Shown here piece by piece: positions 38,706 through 48,162 of a stretch of 53,927 bases of DNA; positions within the stretch are counted from its first letter, which is position 1; each line of letters opens with the position of its first letter. The notes under the pieces were generated by a model, which had not been told where the DNA came from, made no database searches, and worked only from the letters and a program-made list of their open reading frames with translations. Both the position numbers and the translations under genes were made by a program. The stretch covers positions 1 through 53,927 of IMG/VR virus record IMGVR_UViG_3300037585_001389; one strand, written 5' to 3'. The DNA comes from a virus (Duplodnaviria > Caudoviricetes).

Positions 38706-39488
38706 ATGCCAAAATTTCTTAACGCTTTAGATTTAAGTCCTGACCTTGGGGTAGCTCACGGTGGTACAGGTTTATCAACCGTAGGTACTAATGAAATATT
38801 AACAGGTAATGGAACTGGGGCTTTAACATCTGAAGCGAATCTTACTTTTGATAGCGATAGGTTGATTATTGGAGCTGATGATGAAATAACCCCTCAATTA
38901 CGTCTTAGAAATGACGCGAATACCGTTACTGTCGCTATAGCAGATTCAACTGATAACGTTGTATCTGGAAGCGTAGACGGTGACTTTATTCTTGATTGTA
39001 GTGGAGATAACAATGTTCTTTTTACTCAGAATAACACGGTGGCTGCTAAAATAGATACAAATGGTGATTTTAATTTTAACAGAACATTTACTAAACCAAG
39101 TGCTAGCGTTGGGGAATACGAAGGTGATGTAGTTTACTTTGGTAGTGCAACTGGGCTTACCACCGGAAGAATATACCATTACACTGATGGTGCTACGTGG
39201 GAAATAGCAGACCCAGCCACAGCTGATAGCTCTGACGGGTTATTAGCGGTAGCTCTAGGTGGTGCATCAAACGTTAATGGAATGCTACTAAAAGGAATGG
39301 TTACCTTAAATCACGATCCAGGAGCTATTGGAGATGTTCTTTATCTTTCTACGGTAACTGGTCAAGCAACAGCAACCGCACCGACAGGAAACAACAACGT
39401 AGTTAGGGTTATCGGGTACTGTTTAGATGCGTCTAATGGACAAATTTGGTTTAACCCGGACAACACGTTCGTAGAAGTAACCGCATAA
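38706..39488 (+). CDS. tail fibre-like protein
   Basis: LGVAHGGTG, ILTGNGTGALTSEANLTFD, C-terminal GDVLYLS...APTG...VRVIGY. Confidence 0.7.
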   Translation: MPKFLNALDLSPDLGVAHGGTGLSTVGTNEILTGNGTGALTSEANLTFDSDRLIIGADDEITPQLRLRNDANTVTVAIADSTDNVVSGSVDGDFILDCSGDNNVLFTQNNTVAAKIDTNGDFNFNRTFTKPSASVGEYEGDVVYFGSATGLTTGRIYHYTDGATWEIADPATADSSDGLLAVALGGASNVNGMLLKGMVTLNHDPGAIGDVLYLSTVTGQATATAPTGNNNVVRVIGYCLDASNGQIWFNPDNTFVEVTA

Positions 39489-40048
39489 TGAAGTATGTAG
39501 ATCAAACATTGACATTTGAATCTGATAAGGTTTATTATGTAGAGCAAGACACCGAGTTTCAAGTTATGATGTCTTGGGAGGATTCTATAATGAAAGCCTC
39601 AGCAGATTACATATGTGAAGGAGGTGGAGATATATTAGAGATAGGTTTTGGTATGGGAATATCCGCGGGGTACATTCAAGCTAATTCTATATCGTCTCAT
39701 ACTATAGTAGAGAATCATCCTCAGATGATAGAGAAAGCTAAAGCTTGGGCTGAAGATAAACCCAATGTAACTATAGTGGAAGGAGATTGGTACGACGTGA
39801 GGGATTCACTATCTACATACGATGGAATATTTTACGACACCTGGGCTGACGATAATTTAGACGACTTTACGAGTGTATTACCAAACTTAACTAAGTCTGG
39901 TACAAGGGTCACTTGGTGGAATAGTCTCACAGATGTAGATGACATATTTCACACAGATGGAACTGTTTATCAGGCTATTAGAGTTGAACCCGTTGATAAT
40001 ATATATTTTAAAGCGAATACATATTATCTACCTAAAAAGCAATTCTAA
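39488..40048 (+). CDS. class I SAM methyltransferase, RMT2/guanidinoacetate-methyltransferase family
   Basis: VMMSWEDSIM, ILEIGFGMGI, HTIVENHP, VEGDW, YDGIFYDTW. Confidence 0.85.
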   Translation: MKYVDQTLTFESDKVYYVEQDTEFQVMMSWEDSIMKASADYICEGGGDILEIGFGMGISAGYIQANSISSHTIVENHPQMIEKAKAWAEDKPNVTIVEGDWYDVRDSLSTYDGIFYDTWADDNLDDFTSVLPNLTKSGTRVTWWNSLTDVDDIFHTDGTVYQAIRVEPVDNIYFKANTYYLPKKQF

Positions 40049-40812
40049 TGGCTATCCTATACGCGAGTGCATATGATGGGAGGATAATTGGTCCTACCGC
40101 TTCAACCTGGGCTGCGGCAAGAGACGCTGACGGCACTTATGATGCCAGTTATGCTGTTCAAGCCTCTGTAGAGACTAGTGAAAGTAGCAACTTATACTTC
40201 GCCGCTGTCGCTAGGTTCGGGGGTAGAGGCGGTACTACATACCGAGTGTATAGATCTTTTTTACGGTTTGATACCTCTAGTATAACGGGTACAGTTAGTG
40301 GTTTAAAAGTGATGGTACACGGGAAAACTAAGGAGGATGGTGGTGTTAGAGCCGTAAAAGCATCTGGAGCGTTCACTGGTACTAGTCCACTTGGTAGTTT
40401 AGTGGTAACTGATTTCGACGCTATAAACGGGTACTCAGCGGGTAGTAGTATGAGCGGCACCACGGCTTACGCTACTGGACTTGAAACCCAAGGGCATTGG
40501 GATAAAGATGACTGGAATGAACTCACCGGTACAACCGCTTTAGAGGATGATATGCGGGACGACAACTACGTTGTACTCTGCTTTGTAAATTATGGGTATG
40601 ACTGGCGTAATATAGCCCCTAGCGCTAACGGTGACATAAGCTCTGGCGCATATTACACCGATAACACAGGTACGACTTTTGATCCATATATAGAGTACAC
40701 AGTGGCGAGCGCTGGATACGGACACGAGGTAAATACTGTAGCCGCATCTAGCATAGGTAAAGTTAATACTGTAACTACAGCAAATATAGGTAAAATAAAT
40801 ACAGTAGATTAA
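40048..40812 (+). CDS. tail-associated beta-sandwich protein
   Basis: RSFLRFDTSSI...DPYIEYT pattern; three C-terminal (K/E)(V/I)NTV repeats. Confidence 0.55.
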   Translation: MAILYASAYDGRIIGPTASTWAAARDADGTYDASYAVQASVETSESSNLYFAAVARFGGRGGTTYRVYRSFLRFDTSSITGTVSGLKVMVHGKTKEDGGVRAVKASGAFTGTSPLGSLVVTDFDAINGYSAGSSMSGTTAYATGLETQGHWDKDDWNELTGTTALEDDMRDDNYVVLCFVNYGYDWRNIAPSANGDISSGAYYTDNTGTTFDPYIEYTVASAGYGHEVNTVAASSIGKVNTVTTANIGKINTVD

Positions 40813-40813
40813 G

Positions 40814-41134
40814 ATGCAAAGAAGATTATATAATATAGCTGAGAACAAGACAACGACATTGATACCGGTTGGTGGATCAAACGGGTCTATAGCTTCTATA
40901 AGGCTTACAAATTCTAGCGCTGCAGCTGTAGATGTGAACTTACACCTTTATGAGGAAAGACCAGCCTCGGCAAATGATAACGCTTATATAGCGGTTACAA
41001 ATATACCTAGCAAAACTACACTCCTGCTAAATGAAGGTATTAGTTTTGATAACTCTGTTTTGGGGTTAAAAATAATAACTACTAACGGTGGTAGTCTAAG
41101 CGTTAGTACTCCGCTTTCAATAATTATAAAATAA
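40814..41134 (+). CDS. small virion-associated protein
   Basis: 106-aa beta-rich ORF, TAATG-coupled to the endolysin. Confidence 0.55.
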   Translation: MQRRLYNIAENKTTTLIPVGGSNGSIASIRLTNSSAAAVDVNLHLYEERPASANDNAYIAVTNIPSKTTLLLNEGISFDNSVLGLKIITTNGGSLSVSTPLSIIIK

Positions 41135-41604
41135 TGGATAATATAAGTGAACACATTAGTTACAGAGAGGCTACTCGAAGTAACACGGCGTTACGTAGAG
41201 GTATAGAAAATATACCTGACATAGATCAATTAGAGAACATGAAGGTTCTCGCGGAAAAGGTTTTTGAACCACTAAGGAAATGGGTTGGAGGACCGATAAA
41301 AATAAATAGCTTCTACAGATCACCTGAACTTAATATAGCTATTGGAGGTAGTAAGAAGTCTCAGCATTGTCACGGGCTCGCTATAGATATAGATGACACT
41401 TTTGGAGGTAAATTCACAAACTTAAACGCAGAAATGTTTAAGTATATAAGATATCACCTTAATTACGATCAGATAATATGGGAGTTTGGAGATGATGATA
41501 ATCCAGCTTGGGTTCATGTGAGCTATGTGAATGAAGAGGAGAATAGGCAAAGGTGTTTGAAGGCTTATAAAGATAAGGGGAAAACTAAATACAAAGTTAT
41601 ATAA
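41134..41604 (+). CDS. endolysin, peptidase M15 family
   Basis: INSFYRSPELNIAIGGSKKSQHCHGLAIDI and WVHVSY zinc-peptidase motifs. Confidence 0.88.
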   Translation: MDNISEHISYREATRSNTALRRGIENIPDIDQLENMKVLAEKVFEPLRKWVGGPIKINSFYRSPELNIAIGGSKKSQHCHGLAIDIDDTFGGKFTNLNAEMFKYIRYHLNYDQIIWEFGDDDNPAWVHVSYVNEEENRQRCLKAYKDKGKTKYKVI

Positions 41605-41645
41605 AAAAAGGGGATAACCGTAATGGCTATCCCCTTCTTTGTTTT
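41603..41645. terminator. bidirectional intrinsic terminator at the convergence of the two arms
   Basis: A-tract, GGGGATAACC-GTAAT-GGCTATCCCC, then TTCTTTGTTTT. Confidence 0.8.
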
Positions 41646-41657
41646 AAGTGGTTAAGT

Positions 41658-43523
41658 TTATATTACTTCACACGCCCCACCTACGCAAGCTAGTTCTCCG
41701 GATAAGTCCGTGTTATCATCTAGCTCTATAACTTTAGTCAGATCTATCTCGTTTAAAGATTTTACTAACTCTTCGTATTTAGCTTTTGTAATATCCTCAA
41801 ACGGAGCTTGTTTATAAGTACCTCCATTATGAGGTAAAACAGATAAACCATTGTAATGGTCTTTGTTTTTCCACATCCACTCACCTACCTCATCCCACAT
41901 ATCATCTTTGATAGATATTGTAGCTGAAACATTATGAGAGTTAGAACCTTTCCTATGTCCATTGCCAACCCATTCTGTAGCAACCTTCTTAACTCTCTCC
42001 AACAAGTCCATAGGAGATTCAGTTCTTAATATAGAACCCTTTGGAGCTTGTTGCGGAATACTTATTACAGCTGTATCATGAGATCTAAAGTAATCGTCTT
42101 CGACTATTTCAGGGTGATTAACTTTTAGATAATCATATATAGCCTCATTCTTCCCTACGCGTAATCTACGGATGTATTGTTTGTGATGCCACGCATGAAT
42201 ACCCGAAGATGTTCCGAGTACCAGAGACGTCGTCCCTGCGGGTTTAACGCATGTCGTACGCGCAGCTTTTTTAACACCTATGATCTTAGCCACTCTAGCG
42301 TTTTCATCTTTAACAATCTCGGCTCCAACAGACATGTCATAGTTTAAGATTGTTCCACTACCTATACCTGTCATAGATACACCAATGAGAGCATCTTTCT
42401 CAGTCGTTTCCCTCCAAACCTCTCTCAAGTAATGAAAATCAGTGTATCCAGCTTGTAACGTACCTATAAAGGATGCTACTCTAACTCTATCTTCATAATC
42501 ACTTTGTGATTCTATATCCGACACATTAACCTCACACAGGTTACAGAACTGATATGGCCTTAGAGCTATCTCACAACATGGATTAGTTCCCCAATCTTTA
42601 TCGTTGTTAAAGTATATACCAGGTTCACCAGCACCCGAGGCTTCAACACGTTTCCACAAGTCCATAAAAAACTTTTTAGTTATCTTATGTCTCATAAGAA
42701 CAGCTGAGTTGTTAGCTCTACCACGCTGAGGATTTAGCTCCCACCAGTTACCGGCTTTACAAGAAATCATTTCCTCATCATATGCACTAAATAGTGATAT
42801 AAGGGCAGCGCGCCGGATACCCCCAGCAAGGACAGCGTCAGCAATATGACAAACGATATCATGTACGTTAAGAGACGTGAGATTATCTCCATCATTTTTA
42901 TCATCTAATATACCTTGAACTTTTATTAAACACTCTTTAAGGGGTTGAGGACCAGGTGCTTTACCTCCCGACGTTACAAGCCTAGCACCTTTAGGTCGTA
43001 TGTCTGAGTAATCAAACTTTACAGCAGACTTTTTCCTACCACCAAGATAAGACTCCATGAGAACTTTAACCGCATCAGCCCAACCTTCTATAGAGTCACC
43101 TATTACAAACCTCCTGTATCTTTTTTCAAAGGGTTTAGTGACGTGAGGTAGTCTTCGAACGTGGTGCTGTTGGACAGAATAACCCACCCCGCAGCCTGAA
43201 AGCAGTAAGAACATAGTCTCACTAAAGCTGTCAATATGATCAATGGGTAGATAACTACAATTGTACAAACGGTTCGGAGAGATCTCAATAGGTTTACCGC
43301 TAAACTGGAGAGATCGCATTGATGGTAAAACCTTTTTACTATATACAAGTTCATATGCTTTATTTATTTCTTCTTTTAATTGAGGATACTTTTTTATATG
43401 CATCTCCTCATTCCGCATGACTAACTCTTTCCACGTCTCTCGTCTATTTAATTCAGGTATGTACTTAGCGTACTTCATGTGTACCGTAATATCCGAGAGT
43501 ATATCTTTATCAATCTGACTCAT
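41658..43523 (-). CDS. nrdJ: class II (B12-dependent) ribonucleoside-triphosphate reductase
   Basis: LYNCSY, GCGVGYS, RRAALI, TNPCCEI, CVKPAGTTS, C-terminal LACVGGACE; no NrdB gene adjacent. Confidence 0.88.
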   Translation of the reverse strand: MSQIDKDILSDITVHMKYAKYIPELNRRETWKELVMRNEEMHIKKYPQLKEEINKAYELVYSKKVLPSMRSLQFSGKPIEISPNRLYNCSYLPIDHIDSFSETMFLLLSGCGVGYSVQQHHVRRLPHVTKPFEKRYRRFVIGDSIEGWADAVKVLMESYLGGRKKSAVKFDYSDIRPKGARLVTSGGKAPGPQPLKECLIKVQGILDDKNDGDNLTSLNVHDIVCHIADAVLAGGIRRAALISLFSAYDEEMISCKAGNWWELNPQRGRANNSAVLMRHKITKKFFMDLWKRVEASGAGEPGIYFNNDKDWGTNPCCEIALRPYQFCNLCEVNVSDIESQSDYEDRVRVASFIGTLQAGYTDFHYLREVWRETTEKDALIGVSMTGIGSGTILNYDMSVGAEIVKDENARVAKIIGVKKAARTTCVKPAGTTSLVLGTSSGIHAWHHKQYIRRLRVGKNEAIYDYLKVNHPEIVEDDYFRSHDTAVISIPQQAPKGSILRTESPMDLLERVKKVATEWVGNGHRKGSNSHNVSATISIKDDMWDEVGEWMWKNKDHYNGLSVLPHNGGTYKQAPFEDITKAKYEELVKSLNEIDLTKVIELDDNTDLSGELACVGGACEVI

Positions 43524-43662
43524 TTGTATCTTTTAAAACTGTTAAACACATATCCATAAAAGGTAGATAAAACACATGGTTATTCCTATCCTCTTGTTCA
43601 TAGGTCCTGAAACCTATTAATATACCTGGGTAAAACCCAAAACTTAATTCCCATTTTTGCAT
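43510..43662 (-). CDS. small hypothetical protein (not in ORF track)
   Basis: MQKWELSFGFYPGILIGFRTYEQEDRNNHVFYLPFMDMCLTVLKDTNESD*, fills the gap between neighbours. Confidence 0.6.
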   Translation of the reverse strand: MQKWELSFGFYPGILIGFRTYEQEDRNNHVFYLPFMDMCLTVLKDTNESD

Positions 43663-44123
43663 TGTTTTCTTTTATTTAATATTAATTCAACCACCTTATC
43701 ACATTCCTTTTGATTTTGGGGTTTATATAAAGTCACATGCGGTCTTTCAGAGTTAATGAGTTTTTTAAACATTTTCCATCTCATAGGAAAACTCTCATTG
43801 GCTCTACCTTTTGTTTCTATTATAAAACCATCACCGAAAAAATCAGGTGTATATTTTATAGGTAGTATTTTCTTTTGACCTCGATTTACCATGTCTCCTT
43901 TACCGTTACTTTGACGCTCATAACATAACAAGTTACACGTAAAACCTTCTTGTAGCGTAAAGCTCTCGCTTTCGTATGTGGTTTTAATCTTAGATTTTTT
44001 AAGAGCTTGCCACATGTACCTTTCAAGACCAGAGGCGAAGGTGATGCCGTCATACACCACCTTCTTAGACCTCACTGGACCTCGTTTTCTACGTTTAGTT
44101 TTCTGAGTTGTTTTACGACCCAT
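43644..44123 (-). CDS. T7 endonuclease I-like Holliday junction resolvase
   Basis: FASGLE...YE...YTPDF...IIETKG PD-(D/E)xK pattern. Confidence 0.8.
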   Translation of the reverse strand: MGRKTTQKTKRRKRGPVRSKKVVYDGITFASGLERYMWQALKKSKIKTTYESESFTLQEGFTCNLLCYERQSNGKGDMVNRGQKKILPIKYTPDFFGDGFIIETKGRANESFPMRWKMFKKLINSERPHVTLYKPQNQKECDKVVELILNKRKQCKNGN

Positions 44124-44382
44124 TATCTTCTAATTCTTCGCGTGCAGCTTGGATATACAATATTGCATCCATAAGCTCTTCTTGTACATCGTTGAGATAG
44201 CCAGCTAAATCTTTATGCTTACCTGTACGTTCTGTATGCAACGTTCTACCATACTTTTTAAAACCTATATCAGATCGTTGTATAAACTTATCACATACGT
44301 TCTCAACTACTGGATCTCGAAATGTTACTAGCTTCCTAGTCCAATCGGCTGTTTTAGCATTCATTATTTCTCTATCGCTCAT
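44113..44382 (-). CDS. small all-alpha NTP-pyrophosphatase-like protein
   Basis: GFKKYGRTL...VQEELMDAILYI (EExxD). Confidence 0.5.
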   Translation of the reverse strand: MSDREIMNAKTADWTRKLVTFRDPVVENVCDKFIQRSDIGFKKYGRTLHTERTGKHKDLAGYLNDVQEELMDAILYIQAAREELEDNGS

Positions 44383-45202
44383 AGTGTAACTGAGTTGCGG
44401 TGTCTTTTACAAATGTTCCGTTGACCATTCTACCCGTGCGTCTACTAATAACTTCGTAAGCCACATCAGTGCAATGCTCAATCGAAGTACCACCTAATTC
44501 AGCTAAGTTTGTGAGTACTACGACCATGTCACCTATTGCGTCAATAAACTCATCGTTATCTTCCTTTAATATAGCTCTACCAAGCTCTCCGGCTTCTTCC
44601 ATGAGTTTTAGATATTGAGTTTTAGTGTCACCTTTGCTATATAAACCACGTTCTTTAGCCCAAGCTCTTATTAACTCGAACCTTTCAGATGTAAACTTCC
44701 TGGAGTCTGTGGCTAAACTACCTACTGTTATAGGGTTTGTCTCCCTAACAAGGGCTTTATTATACACAAAGCATCTTTCTTTGGTGTACTGAGATGGTTG
44801 AACGTGTTTCATTATATATTTTATAGTTTTGGTATTTATAACGCAATCTCCATCATTAGTCGTCCACGTCATACCTATCTCATCCATAAGCCTACCCTTA
44901 AGTTTATTAACCGGACACGGGAAGGTGGTTGTCTGGTCTGTTACATTTATATCCATTTTCTTTAATTGTATTATATTGTTATTTTTATTAGCTTGTTGGT
45001 CTTTGTATAGTACTGATTCCATTCTATATCCGAATTTCTCTTGAAGTTCAACTTCTCTAGTAGAGATGTAATTAAAGCTTTCAGACATCTCCAAAATCTC
45101 AAATTCGTCTTCGGAATAACCCTGCTCGTTTATAAGCCTATTTGTTACATCATTCGTTACACCGATTTTTTTACCTGGTATGTGGTATATGCAATATGTC
45201 AT
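44372..45202 (-). CDS. GIY-YIG-like N-domain fused to a MazG-family NTP pyrophosphohydrolase
   Basis: N-term YCIYH...KIGVT...R...E; C-term WAKERGL...KLMEEAGEL...DAIGDMVVVL. Confidence 0.75.
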   Translation of the reverse strand: MTYCIYHIPGKKIGVTNDVTNRLINEQGYSEDEFEILEMSESFNYISTREVELQEKFGYRMESVLYKDQQANKNNNIIQLKKMDINVTDQTTTFPCPVNKLKGRLMDEIGMTWTTNDGDCVINTKTIKYIMKHVQPSQYTKERCFVYNKALVRETNPITVGSLATDSRKFTSERFELIRAWAKERGLYSKGDTKTQYLKLMEEAGELGRAILKEDNDEFIDAIGDMVVVLTNLAELGGTSIEHCTDVAYEVISRRTGRMVNGTFVKDTATQLHYER

Positions 45203-45849
45203 ATCTTGTTATTATATAAGTGTAAATTGTGTGCGTAATGGTAATACTCACCACATTCAATACCGAGTTCACGTGCTACTAACACCTGTAAGCTAGCGAA
45301 ACAGTACTGATCGTTACAGAAACCAAACCATAAATCGTTTGACCTCATAACTACAGCCATGTTAAGCTTGTTATTAAGTATTGTAAACTGCACGGCGTAT
45401 GTACACGGTGTATCATGGTTATACAACCACATTTCCTTAGCATCATATATAGATATAGCTGCTTGTCTAGTATTTGGATCAGACAGCTTGTCTATAACTT
45501 TCTCAAGTTGATTACCTCTATTCCACTGATATCCGTAATTAGAGTTAACCTCTCGGTTGGCGTCTGCCATACGCTCCCATATTGGTGGTATTTTACCGTA
45601 TATATCACCTAATTTATCTATGCTAGGGTCACCTGATAGATACCATCGCCATTCAGCATCAGCATATTCTCTACTCCATTGTCGTTCACCGTTTAGTATT
45701 ATCATATCAGTGGGGTGTTCCATAGTAAAGCCTACGTTAAACAAAGCTTTAGTATCACCAAACTCTATACCATTACATCTGATTTCGTTTAAGAAATAAC
45801 TAAAAGCTGAGTCCGCATTGTAAAATCTAGTCTTCATTGTATTTGTCAT
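45199..45849 (-). CDS. thymidylate-synthase-family enzyme, dCMP hydroxymethylase/methylase type
   Basis: NSNYG, TRQA, catalytic DTPC, MRSNDLWFGFCND, NLHLY. Confidence 0.8.
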   Translation of the reverse strand: MTNTMKTRFYNADSAFSYFLNEIRCNGIEFGDTKALFNVGFTMEHPTDMIILNGERQWSREYADAEWRWYLSGDPSIDKLGDIYGKIPPIWERMADANREVNSNYGYQWNRGNQLEKVIDKLSDPNTRQAAISIYDAKEMWLYNHDTPCTYAVQFTILNNKLNMAVVMRSNDLWFGFCNDQYCFASLQVLVARELGIECGEYYHYAHNLHLYNNKI

Positions 45850-46123
45850 AATAGTATTTATAATATTCGTACATCTTAATTAAAGCTTGTTCATCAGTGT
45901 AGTCAACGGGGTCAGTTCTAATAGCTCCTTTTACAGTTATTTGAACCATCCACATTTTAGCAGTCTTCCAATTAGGTATAACGCAGACGCGTATGTTGTT
46001 ATCTAAACACCAACCAACGCGTTTCATATCATCAAATGTGTACGGTATACTACCGGCATTTCTACCACCTTTAGATGTTTTACCTGGCTGATGAAAAGCT
46101 AAAAGCTTATTTAACTTTCCCAT
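45827..46123 (-). CDS. hypothetical protein
   Basis: 98-aa ORF overlapping both neighbours in the operon. Confidence 0.6.
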   Translation of the reverse strand: MGKLNKLLAFHQPGKTSKGGRNAGSIPYTFDDMKRVGWCLDNNIRVCVIPNWKTAKMWMVQITVKGAIRTDPVDYTDEQALIKMYEYYKYYYDKYNED

Positions 46124-47847
46124 GGCATAGCTTCATCTTCAACTCCCTCGGTTATCTCAGGCATAAAACTACCTGATCGAGGTTCCCACTTAAAATACGC
46201 TTCAGCTCCGTTTTCACCTAAGTTTTGAAACTTAACTTTAAGAACTTTACACTTAACTGTTTTAGCCTCGTAGTCGCGATGTACAAGTAAACCGTGGTAG
46301 CTAGCATCGTACCATTCACCACCACCTTTAATGTTGTACATTGTAGGTTCTTCAATCTTTCCATCTTGACCTTTGTACATTTTAGTAGGGTGAGCTACGA
46401 TAAACACTAACACGTCATACTTCTTAGCAAAGATTTCTATCTTTGTTAAATACTCCATCGTATATCGGTTAACATCTTCTGTCTTACAGTCGACATCTCT
46501 AACCTTATTAAACGGATCAATAACTAAACATTTAATACCTTTACGTTTTACAAGCTCAGCTCCTTTGCGTAATACAGACTCAAGAGTATACCTGTCCATA
46601 TCAATAAAGAAGTAGTTATCATTAACATGATCAGCCACACTGTTCCATTTATTTCCACCGATATCGCTAGGCAATGGCATATCCTGCCATGTCTTACGCA
46701 TCAGCTTATGAGCGTGGAGATACGTTGGGTGGTTCTCTGGAGACGCGAATGCAGTTTTCCATCCATAGTTATTATTGTAGCCAACCACCATCTGGTCCAC
46801 AAAATCCGATTTTCCAGAAGACGGAATACCAGTAACAGTAATAAACTGACCGGTATATGTACTAAATATTTTATCAAAATTAGGTAAACCAACTTGAAAC
46901 CCTGGTTTAAAACCGTTTTGCACGAAATCCTTAAGTTCATCTTCTATATCGTATAATGTTGAAACTCCTTCTAATGGCACTTGCTTTGATGCGTGTATAG
47001 CATCTTTCAACGCGTCACTACCATGTTTTAGTAAATACTCGTTTGCGTCTTTGCAATCCTCAAAATCAACTAAGTAGCAGCTCTCGGCTCCGAGGCGTCG
47101 GATAAACTCTTGCTTAAGAGCTTGTCCAGCTTCATCAGTGTCTACTGCTAAAATAATCTTAGTCTTATCTTCTAGGTAGTCTATACAGTTATCTAAATAA
47201 TCTAGGTTGTTTGAATTTAATGTAGCTCCGTTAGGCACGGAAATAACATTTTTAATACCCGCTTCATGTAGAGCAAGCACGTCCATTTCACCTTCAGTTA
47301 TAATACAAGAGTCATAACCAATGATAGAGTTTATGTTATAAAAAACCTTTTCAGCTCCTTTAAAGAGCTTAAAATTCTTTCTACCATCTCTATACTTAAT
47401 ATTGATTAACTGATCTCCTATGAAGTAATTAAACTGTATAGTATTCTCGTTCTTACCTGTCTGAGGCATCCACTCAGAACCTTCTGTGACATTTAAGTCT
47501 AGTAAGGTTTGTGGTGATATGCCTCTTGTTTTAAACCATTGAACAACTTTCTTGTTCATCTTAACCACGTCCATAGGATTATCCTTTGGTCGTTCGATAG
47601 CTGAAGGTCTTACATAAACCTTTTCACTAGCGCCTTTACGCTGGTAAGTATGCATTTGAAAGCTGGTGTCACAGTTGTGACAAGTACCAAGACCACGTTC
47701 CCAATCATAAGACGCGCATTTGGCCTTTTGATTTTTAGGTTGCCTAGAAGACGAACACAGGGGACAAATCCCCTGCGTCGCGCCTTCCTCTAGGCTATGT
47801 TGATTGAACTTGTCAATCAAGAATCCATTGATCTCTTCCGTACTCAT
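46111..47847 (-). CDS. T7 gp4/Twinkle-like primase-helicase
   Basis: Zn finger CPLC...CHNC, TOPRIM TEGEMD/DTDEAG/KDANE, Walker A GIPSSGKS, LVIDP, VAHP. Confidence 0.92.
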   Translation of the reverse strand: MSTEEINGFLIDKFNQHSLEEGATQGICPLCSSSRQPKNQKAKCASYDWERGLGTCHNCDTSFQMHTYQRKGASEKVYVRPSAIERPKDNPMDVVKMNKKVVQWFKTRGISPQTLLDLNVTEGSEWMPQTGKNENTIQFNYFIGDQLINIKYRDGRKNFKLFKGAEKVFYNINSIIGYDSCIITEGEMDVLALHEAGIKNVISVPNGATLNSNNLDYLDNCIDYLEDKTKIILAVDTDEAGQALKQEFIRRLGAESCYLVDFEDCKDANEYLLKHGSDALKDAIHASKQVPLEGVSTLYDIEDELKDFVQNGFKPGFQVGLPNFDKIFSTYTGQFITVTGIPSSGKSDFVDQMVVGYNNNYGWKTAFASPENHPTYLHAHKLMRKTWQDMPLPSDIGGNKWNSVADHVNDNYFFIDMDRYTLESVLRKGAELVKRKGIKCLVIDPFNKVRDVDCKTEDVNRYTMEYLTKIEIFAKKYDVLVFIVAHPTKMYKGQDGKIEEPTMYNIKGGGEWYDASYHGLLVHRDYEAKTVKCKVLKVKFQNLGENGAEAYFKWEPRSGSFMPEITEGVEDEAMPWES

Positions 47848-48162
47848 TTAGAATGGCAGGTCTACCTCTTCGGTTTTAGTTTGCGCTTGTGGAGGTGGTG
47901 TCGTAGCTGCATCTCGAGGAGCAGCATCAACGTTCTCACCGTTGGTCCATACAACCTTGACGTTACCTAAGTAAGTCTTAGCTTCTTTAGACTCTCGTTC
48001 CTCCTTACTTTGATCAACACAAATAGGCCCTTGGTTACCAAACTGATCTAGATCATCGTTTACGGTGATCGTGATAGGTAGGTATTTACCTTTCTTACCA
48101 GTTATAATTTTGTCCTTGGGCACGTTGCTTAGGTTGATACTTGCTTTTATAATACTAGCCAT
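47848..48162 (-). CDS. probable ssDNA-binding protein
   Basis: Small beta-rich core, flexible linker, acidic C-terminus EEVDLPF. Confidence 0.65.
   Translation of the reverse strand: MASIIKASINLSNVPKDKIITGKKGKYLPITITVNDDLDQFGNQGPICVDQSKEERESKEAKTYLGNVKVVWTNGENVDAAPRDAATTPPPQAQTKTEEVDLPF

Noticed and set aside
1553-40848. Numerous antisense and alternate-frame ORFs in the ORF track
   Set aside because: They are nested in well-supported genes, lack motifs, and are typical codon-bias shadows
45199-45849. Annotation as thyA
   Set aside because: The specificity residue is Asp (FGFCND), not the ThyA Asn
1850-47847. Inteins or introns in terminase, RNR or primase-helicase; tRNA genes
   Set aside because: Protein lengths are ordinary, no splicing motifs are visible, and intergenic gaps are too short or lack cloverleaf signatures
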